64,000 nucleotides of DNA, taken from a virus. How positions within the stretch are numbered: the first letter of the stretch is position 1; every line of letters begins with the position of its first letter. Below, piece by piece: positions 1-10,062 of this stretch. Location of the stretch: IMG/VR virus record IMGVR_UViG_3300005613_000018, positions 35,610 to 99,609 of that record, one strand, 5' to 3'. The notes beneath the pieces are model-generated. The model ran no database searches. It was not told the DNA's origin and saw nothing but the letters and a program-made list of their open reading frames with translations. The position numbers and the translations under genes were made by a program.

Positions 1-65
1 CGTTTATGACATTTGATGGTGGTAATTCTCTTTACGGTGTTGTCGGAGGTCAGAACTTCTCATGA
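1..65 (+). CDS. 3' end of an upstream virion/fibre gene (partial, ...FDGGNSLYGVVGGQNFS*)
   Basis: Open frame from window start to TGA 63-65, overlapping the ATG at 62; C-terminus resembles cyanomyovirus fibre ends. Confidence 0.55.
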   Translation, partial: FMTFDGGNSLYGVVGGQNFS

Positions 66-1714
66 GTCCTATTTCAATAAACATTTTCAGAAAAATTAAA
101 ACTCAACTAGAGTTAGATCCACCGGAATTATCATTTTCATCACAACCAACATCACAGTCAAATGATCCTGGTGAAAGTGTAACGTTTACAGGAACTGCAA
201 TAGCTGATGGTGATGGAACAATTTCATATCAATGGTATGAAAATGGAACCGCATTAAGTGATGGTGGAAGAATATCAGGTTCTTCCACTAATTCATTAAC
301 AATCACTAACTTACAAAGCCCTAGTGATAGTGATAGATCATTTTTTCTTAGAGCAACTTATACACCTGGAGCAACTTCAGGTAATGCTACAAATAGTCCT
401 ATAGATTCAAATACAGTTTCACTAACTGTTTGGCCATCACTTTCTATCACAACACAACCAACAGATCAAACAACGACTGTAGATACGACCGTTACATTTT
501 CAGCGGCTGCTTCAATTTCCGACAGTTCTTATGGCCCCATCAATTATCTTTGGACAAGAGATGGAACTACGATTCAAACTAGTACTAGTAATAGTGTTAC
601 CATCACTCCAACAACAGATGGTACATTTGATATTCAAGTAACTGCCTATGTTGACACTGACGATGGTAGAAAACAAGTAGTATCCAATACTGCAACATTA
701 ACTGCTTTAGCTATTAAAAGAAACATATTAGTTATTGAGGCTATAAAATCAGGTACTGGAGGAGATACCATAAGAACTGAAGTTGATTTTGACCCAGAGG
801 GAACTGAATACACTATTGACGGAAGTACACAGGGTTTTCCGTATGGTATTATTCAATTTTATGCAAAAGAAAAAGATCTTACTGTAGATTTAACTATGAG
901 AGGTGCTGCTGGAGTTGTAACTGGAGATCCTGTAAATCGACGAAGGACAGCAGGAAGAGGTGGTGTTTCTACAATTAGATTTACTATGGAAAAAGATGTA
1001 GAATATACACTTCTAGGAATAAGTCCAGCTTCGGCATTATTTCTTTATAGAGGATCAGTTTTACTTGCAGTTGTCGGTCAAGGTGGCAATAAAAGTGATT
1101 TTGAAAGTGAAATAGCTGGAGATGGTGGTGGAGTGAATGTAGCAGGGGGAGAGGGAAAATCTGGTTTTTATCCCGGTACATCTACAACGAATGAAAGAGC
1201 ATCTGGTGGTTCCTTAATTCCAATTGGAGAACTTACACTAAATGGTATCTGGAGTCCTATTCCCGATCAGCCAACATTGCAACCTGGTGATAGTTATCCG
1301 GAGAGAGAACTTGGAATACCAGGTCGAACAATCTCATGTACCAAAGGAACCTATTGGTTGAATCAAGGAATATCACCTTGTTCAAATAATAGTTCATCAA
1401 AAATTAAATATAGAAGCACCAGTGGTCGTGAAGAACCAAAAAGTTCTCCATTAATAAGAGGATTTAAACCAGGTTATACGATTACTAGTACTGCTGGTGA
1501 TCCAATAGTTATTCGGAATGGTAGAACCTTCATATCAAGAGGTTCTGCTGGTGGAAACGGAGCTACAGGAGGATCGGGGTCAATAAAAGGAGTTGGTGGT
1601 GGAGGAGGAAGTGGTTACTCAAATGGTGAAGTTGAAATTATACAAACACGACGAGGTGGAAATAATTCTTTAAAATCTTCAGTGACTTTTACAATATTAG
1701 AAGAAAATAAATAA
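62..1714 (+). CDS. Virion structural protein with two Ig-like domains and a glycine-rich C-terminal domain
   Basis: Two QPT..Q...V.F.....Y.W motifs typical of phage Ig domains; GGxGG-rich C-terminus. Confidence 0.7.
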   Translation: MSPISINIFRKIKTQLELDPPELSFSSQPTSQSNDPGESVTFTGTAIADGDGTISYQWYENGTALSDGGRISGSSTNSLTITNLQSPSDSDRSFFLRATYTPGATSGNATNSPIDSNTVSLTVWPSLSITTQPTDQTTTVDTTVTFSAAASISDSSYGPINYLWTRDGTTIQTSTSNSVTITPTTDGTFDIQVTAYVDTDDGRKQVVSNTATLTALAIKRNILVIEAIKSGTGGDTIRTEVDFDPEGTEYTIDGSTQGFPYGIIQFYAKEKDLTVDLTMRGAAGVVTGDPVNRRRTAGRGGVSTIRFTMEKDVEYTLLGISPASALFLYRGSVLLAVVGQGGNKSDFESEIAGDGGGVNVAGGEGKSGFYPGTSTTNERASGGSLIPIGELTLNGIWSPIPDQPTLQPGDSYPERELGIPGRTISCTKGTYWLNQGISPCSNNSSSKIKYRSTSGREEPKSSPLIRGFKPGYTITSTAGDPIVIRNGRTFISRGSAGGNGATGGSGSIKGVGGGGGSGYSNGEVEIIQTRRGGNNSLKSSVTFTILEENK

Positions 1715-1720
1715 TAACTC

Positions 1721-1726
1721 TAAATA
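1721..1726 (+). promoter_or_regulatory. T4-type late promoter core (TAAATA)
   Basis: TAAATA about 42 nt upstream of the fibre ATG at 1768. Confidence 0.55.
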
Positions 1727-1767
1727 AGAGGGTATAACTCTAAGGTGAGGAGTGCTCCCTTTCTACT

Positions 1768-4700
1768 ATGTCGATTAATAAGAAGTTTGTTGTTAAGTAC
1801 GGAATTGATGTAGCTGATGAACTTTTAATTGCATCTACAGATCTTGGAGGAGTTGGAATTGGTTCAACTCTTCCGAAAGCAAATTTAGATGTCGCTAACA
1901 ATATGAGAGGTGTAGATGGTCTCTATACCGGTATTTTGACTGCCAATAATGATTTTCATGTTGGTTCTGGTGGAACTGTCTTAACTGTTGACAGTGGAAC
2001 TTCAAATGCTGGATTCGGGATAACAAATTCTGAGTATAAATTATCTGTAGTTTCATCAGGTAACACAGCTCTTTATGTTGATGGATCTTTTGAAGTTACC
2101 GAAAATGTAAAAATTGTTGGACTAACTACATTTTCCAGTGGTATAATAGTAGTAAGTGGTGTTTCTACATTAGGTGTAACAACTGTTACTGATTTAACGT
2201 CACAACAACTTATTGTCTCTGGTGTTTCTACATTAGGTGTAACAACTCTCACCGACTTAACATCACAACAACTTATTGTAAGTGGTGTTTCTACATTTAC
2301 AGGAAATATTGACGCTGATGGTGATTTAGATGTAGATGGGCATACGGAACTTGATGACTTAAATGTTTCTGGAGTATCTACATATTCTGGATTAGTTGAT
2401 ATGGATGGTGGTGGAAGATCCACAACATTCAAAGTAGAAGATTTAACAGATAATCGTGTTGTGATATCTGGAACTGGTGGTGAACTTGAGGATGACGCTA
2501 ACTTTACCTTTGATGGTAATCAATTAACACTTGGTGCTAGATTAAATGTTTCTGGTGTAACCACTACTGGTGGTTTACTTGATATCAATGCTGGTGGTCA
2601 GGCAAACACATTTAAGGTTGAAGATCTCACAGATAATCGTGTAGTAATTGCTGGAACTGGTGGTGAACTTGAGGATGACGCTAACTTTACCTTTGATGGT
2701 AATCAATTAACACTTGGTGCTAGATTAAATGTTTCTGGTGTATCTACTTTTGCCTCCAATTTAGATGTTGATGGTCATACAGAACTAGATGATGTAAACG
2801 TTTCGGGTGTTTTAACCTCATCTGCAATTAAAGTAGGCTCAGCAGTTACTATTAACTCCTCAGGTCTAGATGTTCTCGGAATTGTAACAGCGATTGGTTT
2901 TATTGGTGATGGTTCTGGATTAACTGGTGTTGCTAATACTGATGTTATCACCTCGGACTTTATTCTGACTGGAATTCTAACTGCTAGAGATAACTTATAT
3001 GTTGGTAATCCAGTTAGTCCAGGTATTGGAATTACTCTTAATAGTAATGGTAGTGCTGTTTACAGTGGATCTATTACAGCATCTTCATTTTCCGGAGATG
3101 GTTCTAATTTAACTGGTGTAACTGCTGGATATTGGGAAAAAACAGACGTTGGTATTAACACAATATCAAGTGTTGGCATTGGAATTACAAGTCCATCAAG
3201 AAATTTAGATATTAATGGTGATATTAGAGTTCGTGGAGCTTTTTATGACACTAATAATAGTGTAGGTACTGCTGGTTCTGTCATAGCTTCTACTGGTTCA
3301 GGTTGGGAATGGGTAGTTGCTGGTTCTGGTCCTACTGGCCCTCAAGGAACCACAGGTCCAACAGGTCCAACAGGTCCTACTGGCTCAACAGGTCCAACAG
3401 GTCCTACTGGTGCTCAAGGAACCACAGGAACTGCAGGATCTACCGGTCCTCAAGGAACTACAGGAACAACAGGAAATACAGGTCCTACTGGTGCTCAAGG
3501 AACCACAGGAACTGCAGGATCTACCGGTCCTCAAGGAACCACAGGATCAACAGGTCCAACAGGTAGCACTGGCCCCACAGGTCCTCAAGGAACCACAGGA
3601 TCAACAGGTCCAACAGGTAGCACTGGCCCCACAGGTCCCACAGGTCCTACTGGTCCTCAAGGAACACAAGGTAGACAAGGAACCACAGGATCGACAGGTC
3701 CAACAGGTAGCACTGGTCCCACAGGTCCCACAGGTCCTACTGGTCCTCAAGGAACACAAGGTAGGCAAGGTAGACAAGGGACAACAGGATCAACAGGTCC
3801 AACAGGTAGCACTGGTCCCACAGGTCCCACAGGTCCTACTGGTCCTCAAGGAACACAAGGTAGGCAAGGTAGGCAAGGAACTACAGGTCCTACAGGTCCT
3901 ACAGGATCAACAGGTGGCACTGGTCCTCAAGGAACACAAGGTAGACAAGGGACAACAGGATCAACAGGTCCTGCCGGGCCCTCCAATGTTGTTAATGTGT
4001 CAACAACAACAGACACTACTACATATCCAGTGCTTGTTGGTTCTTCTACAGCTGGTAATAAAACACCATTAATTGATAGTGGTTTTGAATTCAATACTTC
4101 AACTCCAATGTTGGAGGTGAAATCTACTAGCTCCTCTGGTGGTGTGGTTGCTGGTACTTATGGATCTGGTAGATATTCACATATGTCCGCAGGTTTGCTC
4201 AATTTCTATACAGATGCTTCCTCTTATACATTTTTACAAGGAAGATCTACTGGTGGGGCAATTCGACTCTCCCTTTCATTTGATTCCAGTAAGTCGTATA
4301 TAAACAGTGCTAGTACTAACTTATTGCAATTCCAGCCATCAGGTGGCACCACACTTAACACAGGTAATTTTATTCCAACAGTTGATAATTCCTACTCACT
4401 TGGAGGTTCTGGCAACCGATGGACTGCGGTATATGCTGTAAATGGAACAATTCAAACTTCAGATCAAAGACAAAAAACAAATATCACTTCTTCCAATCTT
4501 GGTTTAGACTTTATCACTAGACTCAACCCTGTTTCATATAGATGGATTGAAGGTGGTAAAGTAGTTCAGCGTGAAGAAGATGGAGAGGTATCTAAAGATG
4601 AAAATGGAGAAATCATCACAACTTCAGTTGCGGGTGTAAGAACTCATTATGGTTTAATCTCACAAGAAGTAAAATCAACTCTTGATGAATTAAATGTTAG

Positions 4701-4860
4701 TGACTTTGCTGGTTGGGTTCTTTCAGATACAAGTGATTCTAATTCTGAACAAGGTCTTCGTTATACTGAGTTTATTTCACCAATGATTAAGGCAATTCAA
4801 GAACAACAAACAACCATCGAATCACTTACATCAAGAATCGAAGCACTTGAAGGTTCTTAA
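1768..4860 (+). CDS. Tail fibre protein with collagen-like Gly-X-Y tract and C-terminal S74-type intramolecular chaperone
   Basis: VSGVST and [11 protein letters not shown] repeats; GPT/GST/GPQ triplets at ~3322-3985; '[10 protein letters not shown]...[15 protein letters not shown]...HYGLISQEV...[16 protein letters not shown]' chaperone signature. Confidence 0.85.
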   Translation: MSINKKFVVKYGIDVADELLIASTDLGGVGIGSTLPKANLDVANNMRGVDGLYTGILTANNDFHVGSGGTVLTVDSGTSNAGFGITNSEYKLSVVSSGNTALYVDGSFEVTENVKIVGLTTFSSGIIVVSGVSTLGVTTVTDLTSQQLIVSGVSTLGVTTLTDLTSQQLIVSGVSTFTGNIDADGDLDVDGHTELDDLNVSGVSTYSGLVDMDGGGRSTTFKVEDLTDNRVVISGTGGELEDDANFTFDGNQLTLGARLNVSGVTTTGGLLDINAGGQANTFKVEDLTDNRVVIAGTGGELEDDANFTFDGNQLTLGARLNVSGVSTFASNLDVDGHTELDDVNVSGVLTSSAIKVGSAVTINSSGLDVLGIVTAIGFIGDGSGLTGVANTDVITSDFILTGILTARDNLYVGNPVSPGIGITLNSNGSAVYSGSITASSFSGDGSNLTGVTAGYWEKTDVGINTISSVGIGITSPSRNLDINGDIRVRGAFYDTNNSVGTAGSVIASTGSGWEWVVAGSGPTGPQGTTGPTGPTGPTGSTGPTGPTGAQGTTGTAGSTGPQGTTGTTGNTGPTGAQGTTGTAGSTGPQGTTGSTGPTGSTGPTGPQGTTGSTGPTGSTGPTGPTGPTGPQGTQGRQGTTGSTGPTGSTGPTGPTGPTGPQGTQGRQGRQGTTGSTGPTGSTGPTGPTGPTGPQGTQGRQGRQGTTGPTGPTGSTGGTGPQGTQGRQGTTGSTGPAGPSNVVNVSTTTDTTTYPVLVGSSTAGNKTPLIDSGFEFNTSTPMLEVKSTSSSGGVVAGTYGSGRYSHMSAGLLNFYTDASSYTFLQGRSTGGAIRLSLSFDSSKSYINSASTNLLQFQPSGGTTLNTGNFIPTVDNSYSLGGSGNRWTAVYAVNGTIQTSDQRQKTNITSSNLGLDFITRLNPVSYRWIEGGKVVQREEDGEVSKDENGEIITTSVAGVRTHYGLISQEVKSTLDELNVSDFAGWVLSDTSDSNSEQGLRYTEFISPMIKAIQEQQTTIESLTSRIEALEGS
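2468..2742 (+). repeat. Intragenic direct repeat with 183-nt period (~90 nt identical)
   Basis: ctggaactggtggtgaacttgag...gtttctggtgta begins at both 2468 and 2651. Confidence 0.85.
3322..3985 (+). repeat. Collagen-like 9-nt tandem repeats ([15 protein letters not shown])
   Basis: Gly at every third residue in the 1768..4860 translation. Confidence 0.9.
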
Positions 4861-4884
4861 ACCACTTCATAAACCGTCTACAAG

Positions 4885-4913
4885 AACCCTCACAGTCTTC
4901 TGTGGGGGTTTTA
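4885..4913 (+). terminator. Rho-independent terminator after the fibre gene
   Basis: aaccctcacag-tctt-ctgtgggggtt followed by T residues. Confidence 0.65.
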
Positions 4914-4980
4914 TAGTATCTGAGTTCTATCATTCTCTGAGAGGTCTCTATGGTCGTCTGTGAGGGTTCTAATCATTCTC

Positions 4981-5009
4981 TTGACAAGTATCATTATCAT
5001 GAGTAGAAT
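4981..5009 (+). promoter_or_regulatory. sigma70-type promoter TTGACA-17-TAGAAT
   Basis: TTGACA 4981-4986, TAGAAT 5004-5009. Confidence 0.75.
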
Positions 5010-5044
5010 ACCTTTGTTAGGGATGATAAGAATGGCTTTGCGTT

Positions 5045-5079
5045 ATTGTTAGTAACCTTTAAAGTTCTCCTGTAATGTA
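5045..5079 (+). repeat. Cassette repeat copy 1
   Basis: attgttagtaacctttaaagttctcctgtaatgta. Confidence 0.8.
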
Positions 5080-5090
5080 TCCAACTGACT

Positions 5091-5285
5091 ATGAAACCTA
5101 AATTCATTTGTGTTCAACCAAAATCAAGTAAAGCAAAGAACAGATTTGCAAACTTGATGTATAATCTACATTCATGTAGAATTGAACAGGAAGATGGTGA
5201 TAAGATTTTTCTTTCATCTATCACTGGCAAATACCACTTCTGGATGAACAAAATCAACGATGAAAACTGGACGGTAATCAAATGA
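5091..5285 (+). CDS. Hypothetical phage protein
   Basis: ORF directly after repeat copy 1; overlaps the next ATG. Confidence 0.7.
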   Translation: MKPKFICVQPKSSKAKNRFANLMYNLHSCRIEQEDGDKIFLSSITGKYHFWMNKINDENWTVIK

Positions 5286-5650
5286 CCATTTCATACAACA
5301 AAACTTGGGAAGTAATGAATGGTTTGGAAGAATCATTCAATCGAATCTCAACTCTAGAGTTTATGATTGAACAACTGGGAGAAGCAGTTGATAACGAAGA
5401 TCAACGATCAGTGATTAATTTGACTCGTGCTCTTCAAAGTTTCATGCCTGTTTATGTTAATCAGTATGAAAAAGCATCACAGCGAGCATGGAATAACACT
5501 GTTGGTGAAGTTCGTAAACTAGATAATCCTTATCATAGTTACGAAACTGACAAATCTACATCTAGTCTAGAAGATGTGGACATTGATTATAATGAACTTC
5601 AAAAGTTTTTTGAAGATGACATCACCGAACAAACTTCCGAAAGAGAATGA
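5282..5650 (+). CDS. Hypothetical protein
   Basis: ATGA-coupled ORF in operon. Confidence 0.7.
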   Translation: MTISYNKTWEVMNGLEESFNRISTLEFMIEQLGEAVDNEDQRSVINLTRALQSFMPVYVNQYEKASQRAWNNTVGEVRKLDNPYHSYETDKSTSSLEDVDIDYNELQKFFEDDITEQTSERE

Positions 5651-5796
5651 TTAATCATCGTATTTTCGAACACATTGAGCCTCAAGATGTTGAGGCTTTT
5701 CTTCAAGATTGTTCCAGTGAAGCCAATAAACTTGGAATCAATCTCGAACATTACATTGAAGAATATGTAATTCTTGAGGAAATTAATTATGACTAA
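5647..5796 (+). CDS. Small hypothetical protein (49 aa, MINHRIFEH...)
   Basis: Manually translated; ATGA overlap with the upstream gene. Confidence 0.6.
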   Translation: MINHRIFEHIEPQDVEAFLQDCSSEANKLGINLEHYIEEYVILEEINYD

Positions 5797-5959
5797 AGTT
5801 CAAGATCTTATTATTGCACTGAATCAAATTGAAAACTTGGTATCACTTCTCGATGAAAATCCAGAGAAAACATTTATGTTCAATCAGCTGATTCCTGTGA
5901 AGTATGAACTTCAGAAACAAATTCAAAGTCTGACAAAAAAAGAAGTTGACATTGATTAA
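5789..5959 (+). CDS. Hypothetical protein (probable start MTKVQ)
   Basis: ORF track 5774..5959; internal ATG at 5789. Confidence 0.6.
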   Translation: MTKVQDLIIALNQIENLVSLLDENPEKTFMFNQLIPVKYELQKQIQSLTKKEVDID

Positions 5960-5974
5960 TTTTTAAGTTATAGT
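5946..5974 (+). promoter_or_regulatory. sigma70-type promoter TTGACA-17-TATAGT
   Basis: Canonical boxes and 17-nt spacing upstream of 5997. Confidence 0.7.
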
Positions 5975-5996
5975 TTGATTGTAATTTACTTTACTG

Positions 5997-6230
5997 ATGA
6001 AATACTTCTTTGTTGTTGACCATTTTGTTCCGTTTCCAACTTCCGAATACGGTGGAATTTGGAATGTAATTGCTGAAAATGAGGAAGAATGTTTTGACTT
6101 AATTTCTCATGAAGATGATGCATTTCATTTTGAGTATTATGGTAAATTAAGGGAAAATATTAGAAAATCCTCTAAATATTCCTTAGTTGATGAACTAGAG
6201 TCAAAAGTTGTAACCTCATTCCTTACCTAA
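5997..6230 (+). CDS. Hypothetical cyanophage protein
   Basis: ORF after promoter; VPFPTSEYGG motif. Confidence 0.7.
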   Translation: MKYFFVVDHFVPFPTSEYGGIWNVIAENEEECFDLISHEDDAFHFEYYGKLRENIRKSSKYSLVDELESKVVTSFLT

Positions 6231-6231
6231 T

Positions 6232-6393
6232 ATGGAAAGTACAAGAGCAATATCCATCATTCAACAACTCAACACTCACATTGCAGAATTAGAGAAAAAA
6301 ATTGTCTCTCAAAAAGAAGAGATTTTGGGACTTGAAAATCTTATTAAATTACTTCGAGCAGACATGCCAGACAATAGGGAATTTGATGAATGA
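6232..6393 (+). CDS. Small coiled-coil hypothetical protein (53 aa)
   Basis: Manually translated MESTRAISII...; fills the gap and couples to 6390. Confidence 0.6.
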   Translation: MESTRAISIIQQLNTHIAELEKKIVSQKEEILGLENLIKLLRADMPDNREFDE

Positions 6394-6572
6394 GTGAAAA
6401 AGAAAAACTTGCACTCGGTCTTATGATTGAGAGTGTTTTGAAACCTGATACAAAACTTCGAAGTTGTGCATTCAATCAAGGATGTTATGATGAGTTGATG
6501 GAGTGGAGGAAGAAAATTCTAAATCTACTCTATCAATACGAAGTTCATGAAAATTCTTTTGATATTCGATGA
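6390..6572 (+). CDS. Hypothetical protein
   Basis: Coupled ORF in operon. Confidence 0.65.
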   Translation: MSEKEKLALGLMIESVLKPDTKLRSCAFNQGCYDELMEWRKKILNLLYQYEVHENSFDIR

Positions 6573-6850
6573 AATTTCCTTTCAAAGCTCCTCTAAACCA
6601 TGAATATTGGACAGATGATTATTCTCAAACTGTCACAAGAATATGGATAAAAAATAAATCGATGGAGTTTACTTATGGTGATGAGAAACATCCAAGTTCT
6701 GTTTGGGGGTTTTGGGATAAAAAGAAAAAAGTTTTTCTGTCACCGATTAATCATAAAAAACCTGGTAAAGTTGTAAATATTGAAAATTGCACTCCATATT
6801 CTGCAATGCAACTTAATCTAAATCCACTGATGTCAGCTTTTAACTCATGA
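6569..6850 (+). CDS. Hypothetical cyanophage protein
   Basis: Coupled ORF; ends TPYSAMQLNLNPL. Confidence 0.7.
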   Translation: MKFPFKAPLNHEYWTDDYSQTVTRIWIKNKSMEFTYGDEKHPSSVWGFWDKKKKVFLSPINHKKPGKVVNIENCTPYSAMQLNLNPLMSAFNS

Positions 6851-7086
6851 CAAAATACGAGCCAGAAGTAAATGATTACGTTCAGTGGAGAAATCATCAA
6901 GGATGGGTTTATTTCAAGGATGAGGAACATATTACCATTGAAATTGGTGTCAAAGAAAAACCACATTGTGAATATGTAAAAAATAGTTTACATTGTAAAG
7001 ACCATATTTTGATTGTTTGTCAAAATTGGTATTGGCATGAACTTAAATATGTAAAATCAAGAAAATCAATTTATGAGGAACAATGA
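6847..7086 (+). CDS. Hypothetical cyanophage protein
   Basis: Coupled ORF. Confidence 0.7.
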   Translation: MTKYEPEVNDYVQWRNHQGWVYFKDEEHITIEIGVKEKPHCEYVKNSLHCKDHILIVCQNWYWHELKYVKSRKSIYEEQ

Positions 7087-7307
7087 AATCATCCGATATA
7101 GAGTTGTCAACAACATATAGACAATTTGCTTTTGAGAGAATTTCAAGAGAGATTGAAAGTTGTAATGATATTGTAATTCTGAAGGAAGCCCTTCGTTCTT
7201 ACGTTAAATTGTTTTTCAAACAACAAGAGACAATATCAAACATTGATGATTTTGAAATAAACATCGGTGGTGATATTCCTCCAGAATTTGATGACCCTTT
7301 AATGTGA
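7083..7307 (+). CDS. Hypothetical protein (possible NblA-like helical protein)
   Basis: Coupled ORF; 'LSTTYRQFAFERISREIE...KEALRSYVKLFFKQQE' loosely resembles the NblA pattern. Confidence 0.55.
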   Translation: MKSSDIELSTTYRQFAFERISREIESCNDIVILKEALRSYVKLFFKQQETISNIDDFEINIGGDIPPEFDDPLM

Positions 7308-7312
7308 GAGAA

Positions 7313-8011
7313 ATGAAAAAAACTTTATTTGGAATTGGTATTTTATTGGCATCTTTATCGATGCCAACAATTAGTAGTGCAAATAATCAAAATGATTTTC
7401 AACAGAACCCACTTGAATATCCTAATGATTACTATTCTATGCATTCGTTGGGTTGTTTACTTCTCCAAGAATGTAAAGGTGGTATTACAAAAGTTACCTC
7501 ACAGTCGGATCTGGAAAACTATTATGATTATACCATTAATGTTGGGGAAGAACTTAATCAGATGTTTAAGTCTTTCGACAAGTTAGGAATCGAAGTTTAT
7601 ATTGCACCTGAGGAATATTTCCCTGTTGGGCATCGTGGTGTTTACCATACGGTTTCAAATAATTTTTATTTGAATGAAAGATATATGTCTAAACCTCATG
7701 TTTTGATGTCTGTAATTAGACATGAAGGTTGGCATGCTGCTCAAGATTGTATGGCTGGAAGTTTAGACAATACTTTTATTGCAGTCATTAAAAATGACAA
7801 TGAAATTCCTCAGTTATGGAAAGACATTGCAAAAGATACTTATCCTTTAAATGCACTTCCTTGGGAACAAGAAGCGATGTGGGCAGGTAAAGTGGAAAAT
7901 ATGACTGCAAATGCCCTGAAAGCATGTGAAACTGGTGCTATGTGGACGATTTATCCTCCCACACCATTAACTAAAAAGTTTTTAATCGACAAGGGTTATA
8001 TTCAGGAGTAA
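7313..8011 (+). CDS. Putative exported metallopeptidase-like protein (HExxH)
   Basis: Signal-peptide-like MKKTLFGIGILLASL; RHEGWHAAQDC motif plus downstream WEQEA. Confidence 0.65.
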   Translation: MKKTLFGIGILLASLSMPTISSANNQNDFQQNPLEYPNDYYSMHSLGCLLLQECKGGITKVTSQSDLENYYDYTINVGEELNQMFKSFDKLGIEVYIAPEEYFPVGHRGVYHTVSNNFYLNERYMSKPHVLMSVIRHEGWHAAQDCMAGSLDNTFIAVIKNDNEIPQLWKDIAKDTYPLNALPWEQEAMWAGKVENMTANALKACETGAMWTIYPPTPLTKKFLIDKGYIQE

Positions 8012-8232
8012 TGTGGAGAATTTGGTGTTACGCCTTAGGTAAGAAAGAGGGTAGAGATGATAAAGATGCAGATAAGATTGCATTTGTCAGAACCATAATT
8101 ATGGTTCAGTTAGTAATCACTAACATGTTCATCATTTCTGGTAACATAAAGAACTTATGGTTTGATAATTCACCTAGATGTATTATACATAGTCGAAATG
8201 TGACACTTTCTGAAGTGTCCACGACCCCTTGA
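8011..8232 (+). CDS. Small membrane-associated hypothetical protein
   Basis: MWRIWCYALG...; hydrophobic segment. Confidence 0.65.
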   Translation: MWRIWCYALGKKEGRDDKDADKIAFVRTIIMVQLVITNMFIISGNIKNLWFDNSPRCIIHSRNVTLSEVSTTP

Positions 8233-8257
8233 CTTCTAGGTCATTATCAAATATATT
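8202..8257 (+). promoter_or_regulatory. Early promoter with upstream palindrome GACACTT-N4-AAGTGTC and TTGACT-17-TATATT
   Basis: Perfect palindrome 8202-8219; -35 at 8229-8234; -10 at 8252-8257. Confidence 0.7.
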
Positions 8258-8284
8258 ATCAAAGTAGTCACCAGGAGTTCAACA

Positions 8285-8455
8285 ATGTCCTTCACTTACA
8301 TTCCACAAAAGTCAAAGTATCGGGTTACTCTTGAAATTGATGCAATGGATGATTTCAACCCTCATCAAATTGATTGGGAAAAAATTCTTGACCTTCAAGG
8401 TTCTGAAAAAGTTGAATCTTATGTGGAGGATCTGAGCACTCCTGATTTCTGGTAA
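8285..8455 (+). CDS. Small hypothetical protein (56 aa, MSFTYIPQKSKYRVTLEI...)
   Basis: Manually translated; AGGAG RBS; follows promoter. Confidence 0.7.
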   Translation: MSFTYIPQKSKYRVTLEIDAMDDFNPHQIDWEKILDLQGSEKVESYVEDLSTPDFW

Positions 8456-8461
8456 TTTACT

Positions 8462-8620
8462 ATGAACACTGTCACTATTCAAAATCCTATGTTTGATGAA
8501 ATTAAGGATCTTCCTGGTGAGATCTTCGACATTGACGAATCTGTTTTTGATGACATTGTAAGTGAAGTCATTACAGATGACTGGTCAAATGTGATTGAAG
8601 TTGATTTCAATCAAGATTGA
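8462..8620 (+). CDS. Small acidic hypothetical protein (52 aa)
   Basis: Manually translated MNTVTIQNPMFDEIKDLPGE... Confidence 0.55.
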   Translation: MNTVTIQNPMFDEIKDLPGEIFDIDESVFDDIVSEVITDDWSNVIEVDFNQD

Positions 8621-8667
8621 TAAAAACAAGAGGAGAACTAAATAGATCTAGGTTTAGTTCTCCTCCA

Positions 8668-9297
8668 ATGAAAACTTTTTCACAATTTATGATCGAAGCA
8701 AATTATGATCCCGAAATTCAGGGTCGTAGTCAAATTCGTAAATCTGGAGAAGGTGGAAGATTATATCCATCAAAGAAAAAAACTAAACCCGAAATCCGCA
8801 GAATGAAAGCGGTTGGTGGCGGGAAAATGGAACCGGTAGGATATAAAGATAGAAAAGATATTGGTCAACAAAAACCAAAAAGTCAAACTCAACAACAACC
8901 TCAACAAGAAAGAGGTAGTAAAGAAGTCAAACAAACATACGCAGATAAAATAAAAGCTGAAAGAAGAGCTGCAGCAAAAGCAAGAGCAGCAGCTAAGAAA
9001 TCTGGTGGTGAAGTTCAGAAATCTACAACATCTTCAAGGGGAACTGAAAAACAAGCTACAAAACTCCTGAGTACAAAGAAACCTGAGAAGAAAGTATCAC
9101 CTAACTATAAACCCCAAAAAGCGTCAGGATATACACGTCAGGAACGCATGAAGATTACTCGTGCTGGTGAAAGAGAACTCTCCAAAGAGTTCAAGAGACA
9201 AGAGTTAGGTAAAGTTGAGAAAGAAACTGGTAAAAAAGCAACTGGTAAGTTGAAGACTATTGCTCTCGCTCGTGCACATCAAAGAATGAGTACATGA
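8668..9297 (+). CDS. Basic late protein with MKTFxQF...E N-terminus (probable internal head protein)
   Basis: TAAATA at ~8640; MKTFSQFMIEA resembles T4-type capsid-targeting leaders; K/R-rich. Confidence 0.6.
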   Translation: MKTFSQFMIEANYDPEIQGRSQIRKSGEGGRLYPSKKKTKPEIRRMKAVGGGKMEPVGYKDRKDIGQQKPKSQTQQQPQQERGSKEVKQTYADKIKAERRAAAKARAAAKKSGGEVQKSTTSSRGTEKQATKLLSTKKPEKKVSPNYKPQKASGYTRQERMKITRAGERELSKEFKRQELGKVEKETGKKATGKLKTIALARAHQRMST

Positions 9298-9452
9298 TTT
9301 TTAATGTTAAAGGTAGATGGACTGACTTTCGTGGAAGAAGTCATAATTTTACTATGCAATCGGATAGTGCAGATAGAGATTTGATTCGACAATTAGTTGA
9401 ATCAAGATACCCTGCAGAAAAAGTTTATATCAATAACGTAAGTCAGAATTAA
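9294..9452 (+). CDS. Small hypothetical protein (52 aa, MIFNVKGRW...SQN*)
   Basis: Manually translated; stop TAA overlaps repeat copy 2. Confidence 0.6.
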   Translation: MIFNVKGRWTDFRGRSHNFTMQSDSADRDLIRQLVESRYPAEKVYINNVSQN

Positions 9453-9490
9453 AGTTAGTAACCTCCAAAGTTCTACTGTATTGTAACCAC
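9451..9490 (+). repeat. Cassette repeat copy 2
   Basis: aaagttagtaacctccaaagttctactgtattgtaaccac. Confidence 0.9.
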
Positions 9491-9499
9491 CACTAAATC

Positions 9500-9700
9500 A
9501 TGAACAATTCTTCTCAAATCCTTCGTGAACTTCAAGATCTCAAGAAAACTCACAAAGTTCAGGGATTTCGTTACACGAATGAACAACAGGAACGTTATGA
9601 TGAACTGATGGGTCTTCGTCGGGCTTTCATTCAATACTGGAATGAAAATGGTATGGTCTGGGTTGGTCCTTCTAACGCTGGGAGTAATTTTGAAGAGTGA
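9500..9700 (+). CDS. Hypothetical protein
   Basis: ORF after repeat copy 2. Confidence 0.7.
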   Translation: MNNSSQILRELQDLKKTHKVQGFRYTNEQQERYDELMGLRRAFIQYWNENGMVWVGPSNAGSNFEE

Positions 9701-9725
9701 TTGAAAACCTTATCTGAATAAAATT

Positions 9726-10031
9726 ATGAAATTTAACACTAAAAAGTGTGACGTTTTCCAAGACGGAGAACATCTGTTTGAATTCAATCATCAAAGAATT
9801 AAATATCTTTCGAAAGATATTTTGAAAAGTTATCAAAAACAACTTGATAAACTTGCAAAAAGATACAAAAAATGTAACAGTAGTTCAAAATTTGAAAGAG
9901 CTGAAGACATGGCATCATTGTATTATGAATGGAACGCAACCACTGATGGAAGTACCATTTACATCGTACAATCAAAAGATGATCCAAATACTTTCACCTA
10001 TGTTGAAACTGGAGATGAACTTTACGTCTGA
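9726..10031 (+). CDS. Hypothetical protein
   Basis: ORF track. Confidence 0.65.
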   Translation: MKFNTKKCDVFQDGEHLFEFNHQRIKYLSKDILKSYQKQLDKLAKRYKKCNSSSKFERAEDMASLYYEWNATTDGSTIYIVQSKDDPNTFTYVETGDELYV

Positions 10032-10034
10032 CAC

Positions 10035-10062
10035 TTGACACCTCTAGATGAGGTGTTATAAT
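10035..10062 (+). promoter_or_regulatory. sigma70-type promoter TTGACA-16-(TGn)TATAAT containing an inverted repeat
   Basis: ACACCTC/GAGGTGT inverted repeat spans the spacer. Confidence 0.7.

Noticed and set aside
3303-4072. Overlapping ORFs 3303..3566 and 3317..4072
   Set aside because: Shadow frames of the GPT/GST collagen tract.
9451-9490. Repeat as an NtcA, Pho, LexA or RpaB (HLR1) site, or a ToxI-like antitoxin repeat
   Set aside because: Does not fit GTA-N8-TAC or the spacing of the other motifs; copies are not tandem as ToxI repeats are.
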